Below are positions 36,852 to 39,751 of a stretch of 39,751 bases of DNA, one piece after another. The notes under the pieces are model-generated. The model was given only the letters and a program-made list of their open reading frames with translations, searched no databases and was not told the origin of the DNA. The stretch covers positions 1-39,751 of the forward strand of contig CAZWTX010000024.1 in assembly GCA_964637135.1 (NCBI GenBank). The letters run 5' to 3'. The position numbers were made by a program, and so were the translations under genes. Each line of letters starts with the position of its first letter. Position 1 is the first letter of the stretch. Source of the DNA: an uncultured Methanospirillum sp. (GTDB lineage Archaea > Halobacteriota > Methanomicrobia > Methanomicrobiales > Methanospirillaceae).

Positions 36852-37899
36852 ACTTTACCGGAAAGAGGGGTATGTCTATGCGAGGAGCCCCGAAGAGATT
36901 GCACGGCAATTCGGGTATGAACGGGTAGCACGCCTTGCAAGCAACGAAAACCCATTTGGGCCATCCCAAAAGGCAATAGAAGCCGTATCTGCTGCTGCAG
37001 CAGGAATGAACCGGTACCCGGATACCACGAATACCCTGCTCTGTGAGGCGCTGGCCAGGTTCCACGGTAATGGGAACGGATACACATTCGTCGCCGGAGT
37101 AGGGATGGACGGGGTCATAGAGACCTGTATCAGAGCCCTCGTCGAACCGGGGGAGAAAGTGGCAGTTGCAGTCCCGACCTTCTCGTTCTACGGGATCGCA
37201 GCCCGGGCTCAGGGAGCAGAGGTTATTGCCATACCCCGCGGGCCGGATTTCCGGGTTGATCCTGATCAGTTCATCCGGATGGCAGGTGATGCCAAGATCT
37301 CATTCCTCTGCACCCCGAACAACCCGAGCGGAACGCTCACTCCCCCTGAGGATATCAGGTATATCCTCGGGAAGATTCGTGGCATGCTCTTCCTTGACAA
37401 TGCGTATGTCGACTTCTCTGAACTCGATTACCGGCCGCTCATGAAGGAGTTTGACAACCTGGTCATCGGGCGGACCATGTCAAAAGTCTTCGGGCTTGCC
37501 GGGTGCCGGGTCGGGTATGCATTCGTTCCTTCCTGGCTGAAACCGATATACGAACGTGCAGCGACACCCTTTGCCCTGAACACCCTTTCTGCGGCGGCAG
37601 CCGTCGGAGCCCTTGCCGATCATGAGTATGTTCAGCACATGATCTCCTATACCAGGGAATGGATAGCCCGGTTCCAGGAGGAATGCCCGATGCCAGTCCT
37701 TCCAGGCGGGGCTAACTTCGTGATGATAGATACCCATCCCATGACCGGGGATGCATGTGCCGACCTCCTGGCGGAAAAAGGGGTGATCGTCAGGTCATGC
37801 CGGAGTTTCCCCGGGCTTGAGGATCGGTACATCAGGGTCTGTGTCGGAGAACCCTGGGAAAACGAACGGTTTCTCACAGCGATGAAGTCACTATGCTGA
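36835..37899 (+). CDS. hisC: Histidinol-phosphate aminotransferase
   Basis: LASNENP, NRYPD, PNNPSG, DNAY, RTMSKVFGLAGCRVGY, ANF. Start uncertain (GTG 36835). Confidence 0.92.
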   Translation: MQLERELYRKEGYVYARSPEEIARQFGYERVARLASNENPFGPSQKAIEAVSAAAAGMNRYPDTTNTLLCEALARFHGNGNGYTFVAGVGMDGVIETCIRALVEPGEKVAVAVPTFSFYGIAARAQGAEVIAIPRGPDFRVDPDQFIRMAGDAKISFLCTPNNPSGTLTPPEDIRYILGKIRGMLFLDNAYVDFSELDYRPLMKEFDNLVIGRTMSKVFGLAGCRVGYAFVPSWLKPIYERAATPFALNTLSAAAAVGALADHEYVQHMISYTREWIARFQEECPMPVLPGGANFVMIDTHPMTGDACADLLAEKGVIVRSCRSFPGLEDRYIRVCVGEPWENERFLTAMKSLC

Positions 37900-38405
37900 C
37901 CGCGATAACCGGAACGCCCGGGACCGGAAAGAGCTCGGTGGCAGAAGAACTGGAACGGCGTGGAAAGCACGTCATTCGTGCAACCGAGACGATTACTCCG
38001 TATGTCATCGGCGAAGATACCACACGCGATACCCTTGTTATTGACACCGGCCGGTGGGCAGATGAGTTTCCTGCAACAGACGGGATCGTTGAAGGTCAGA
38101 TCAGCCACCTCCTCAGGGCAGACCAGGTTGTGGTGCTCAGGTGCCGGCCTGATGTCATCAGGGAGCGACTTTGTGCACGGGGATACCATGAAGAGAAGAT
38201 CCGTGAGAACGTGGAGGCAGAACTCGTGGACGTGATCCTCGTAGAGGCCCTTGAAGAACACGATCCTACCCGGATTTATGAGATCGATACCACCGGGATG
38301 AGCCTGAACATCATTGCCGACCGGATCGAGCATATCATAGCCGGTGAGGAAAAACCGGTATACGGAACTGTTGACTGGCTCAGCGTCTGTCAGGATCTCT
38401 TATGA
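37893..38405 (+). CDS. AK6/Fap7-family adenylate kinase
   Basis: ITGTPGTGKS, SH motif, VLRC.P, RGY..KIRENVEAE. Confidence 0.9.
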   Translation: MLTAITGTPGTGKSSVAEELERRGKHVIRATETITPYVIGEDTTRDTLVIDTGRWADEFPATDGIVEGQISHLLRADQVVVLRCRPDVIRERLCARGYHEEKIRENVEAELVDVILVEALEEHDPTRIYEIDTTGMSLNIIADRIEHIIAGEEKPVYGTVDWLSVCQDLL

Positions 38406-38998
38406 CACTTGACTCCTATCGAAGCCAGATAAAACCGGTAATAGACCCGGTGGTCAGTATCTGCATCAGGATCGGCCTCACCCCGGATATCTGTACGCTT
38501 CTTGCTCTAGCAGCTGCCGCAGGCTCAGGGTATGCGTTCTATGCTGGTCATGTACTCGCAGGAACCATCGGAATATTCCTTAATGCCTTCTTCGATGCCA
38601 TCGACGGAGCCATAGCCAGGGCAAAGGGAGTCGAGGGGGTCAGGGGTGATTTCCTGGATCATGTTCTCGACCGGTATGCTGACATTTTCATCATATGCGG
38701 CATCTTTGGTGGTACTCTCTGTCCATGGCAGATCGGGGTGCTCGGGCTGACCGGAGTGCTGATGTCCTCCTATCTCGGCACACAGGCTCAGGCGGTCGGA
38801 GTCGGCAGATTTTACGGGGGAGTTCTTGGCAGGGCCGACCGGCTTGTACTCCTGATGGCGGCAGGGATCGGCTCGCTGTTCCTGCCAGGCCAGGTATGGG
38901 GACTATCCATCTTTGCATGGCTGCTGCTCGTCTTTGGTATTCTCGGGCATATAACCGCCGTACAGCGGTTCATACATGTCTGGCGTCAGCTCCCGTGA
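38402..38998 (+). CDS. CDP-alcohol phosphatidyltransferase (archaetidylinositol phosphate synthase-like)
   Basis: DAIDGAIAR..G..LDHVLDRYAD signature; GRADR. Confidence 0.92.
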   Translation: MTLDSYRSQIKPVIDPVVSICIRIGLTPDICTLLALAAAAGSGYAFYAGHVLAGTIGIFLNAFFDAIDGAIARAKGVEGVRGDFLDHVLDRYADIFIICGIFGGTLCPWQIGVLGLTGVLMSSYLGTQAQAVGVGRFYGGVLGRADRLVLLMAAGIGSLFLPGQVWGLSIFAWLLLVFGILGHITAVQRFIHVWRQLP

Positions 38999-39128
38999 TC
39001 CGGGAGTATCCTTCCTCTTCTTCCCGGAAATCACCCATTCCTGTGGGATAAAAAACTGAACCTCACGCTTAACAAGCCGGATACTTCCGGTATCATCGTC
39101 ATTATGCCCCGGATACCCGGGGGAGAAT

Positions 39129-39749
39129 TCACAGCCTGGAGAGGGTAAGGACGACGGGGTCCTGGAGGTAAATCCAGTATCCCTGCCTGAGATCAAGCAT
39201 CAGTTCATCAATGGCTCCCTGTTCGTATGGCCCGGTGTACTGTTGCCTGACAGCATCATACCCGACAAGATACCGCCACGAACCACCAAGCGGTGAGAGC
39301 ACCTGGGGAGCGGGTACCGGGGAGATCCCGGGTATCCCCATGAGGTTCCAGCCCCGGGCAAGCATCAGGGTCGTATTCCCTTCGGGAACACCAGTGGCAT
39401 ACGTAAGTGGGATATCAACCGGATCGTCAGACCATATCCAGATCGCTCCATATGGAGTGACCAGATCACCGGCGTTAAGTCGTACCCAGGATCCAGTCTC
39501 CCCGCTCCAGGTATACAGGGAGTGGCCGGCAGTCATCACGCCGCTGAAGATTGATGCCGTATCATGTTCTGGTGCAAGGGTCAGCGGGACAGAGACAAGG
39601 TTCCATCCGGATCTGAGAGAGAGGTTCGCATAATAGGAGGGGATGGCAACAATGAAATCCGGTTTCTTCACATCTTCACATCCCGCAGCATCGCAGGCAT
39701 GAAGAGAAGGACTGTATATCCCGGGACTCTCGTAGGTATGGAAAGGATT
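39129..39749 (-). CDS. Partial (5'-truncated) PKD-domain cell-surface protein
   Basis: Frame stays open to the window end. NPFHTYESPGIYS is a PKD motif; two L..GWNL...W/GYW repeats follow. Confidence 0.8.
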   Translation of the reverse strand, partial: NPFHTYESPGIYSPSLHACDAAGCEDVKKPDFIVAIPSYYANLSLRSGWNLVSVPLTLAPEHDTASIFSGVMTAGHSLYTWSGETGSWVRLNAGDLVTPYGAIWIWSDDPVDIPLTYATGVPEGNTTLMLARGWNLMGIPGISPVPAPQVLSPLGGSWRYLVGYDAVRQQYTGPYEQGAIDELMLDLRQGYWIYLQDPVVLTLSRL

Positions 39750-39751
39750 CA

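Noticed and set aside
35951..37087. 378-aa antisense ORF, and similar long antisense ORFs such as 21313-22098 and 30525-31295
   Set aside because: Shadow frames of well-supported genes in GC-rich sequence, with no recognisable motifs.

Overview
Chromosomal window from a methanogenic archaeon. Gene content and order, PKD surface proteins and archaeal TATA-type promoters suggest Methanomicrobiales, possibly Methanospirillum-like (inferred, not searched). It contains: a frameshifted aIF-1A copy; a cobalt ECF transporter plus anaerobic cobalamin operon (cbiMNQO-cbiT-L-F-G-H-C-D-E); a structured intergenic element divergent from an intact IS1634-like transposase homologue with a degenerate catalytic core; a DNA-repair cluster (MutY-like glycosylase, PflX-like radical SAM, mutS-mutL-photolyase); argC-CBS-argJ-argB plus a thioredoxin/CcdA-like gene; chorismate mutase; an M50 protease; two divergent orphan CheW-like genes; hisD; a GT2 / TPR-wHTH / BrxD(DUF2791)-like ATPase unit; a PaaI-pyrG-guaAB-argD-hisC-AK6-CDP-alcohol phosphatidyltransferase run; and a partial PKD surface protein. 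The best candidates for undescribed biology are (1) the probable domesticated transposase together with a divergent ~210-nt structured RNA candidate carrying two C-rich loops, and (2) the TPR-wHTH + BrxD-like ATPase pair with no other BREX or Shango genes nearby. All family calls come from motif recognition by eye; no database searches were run.
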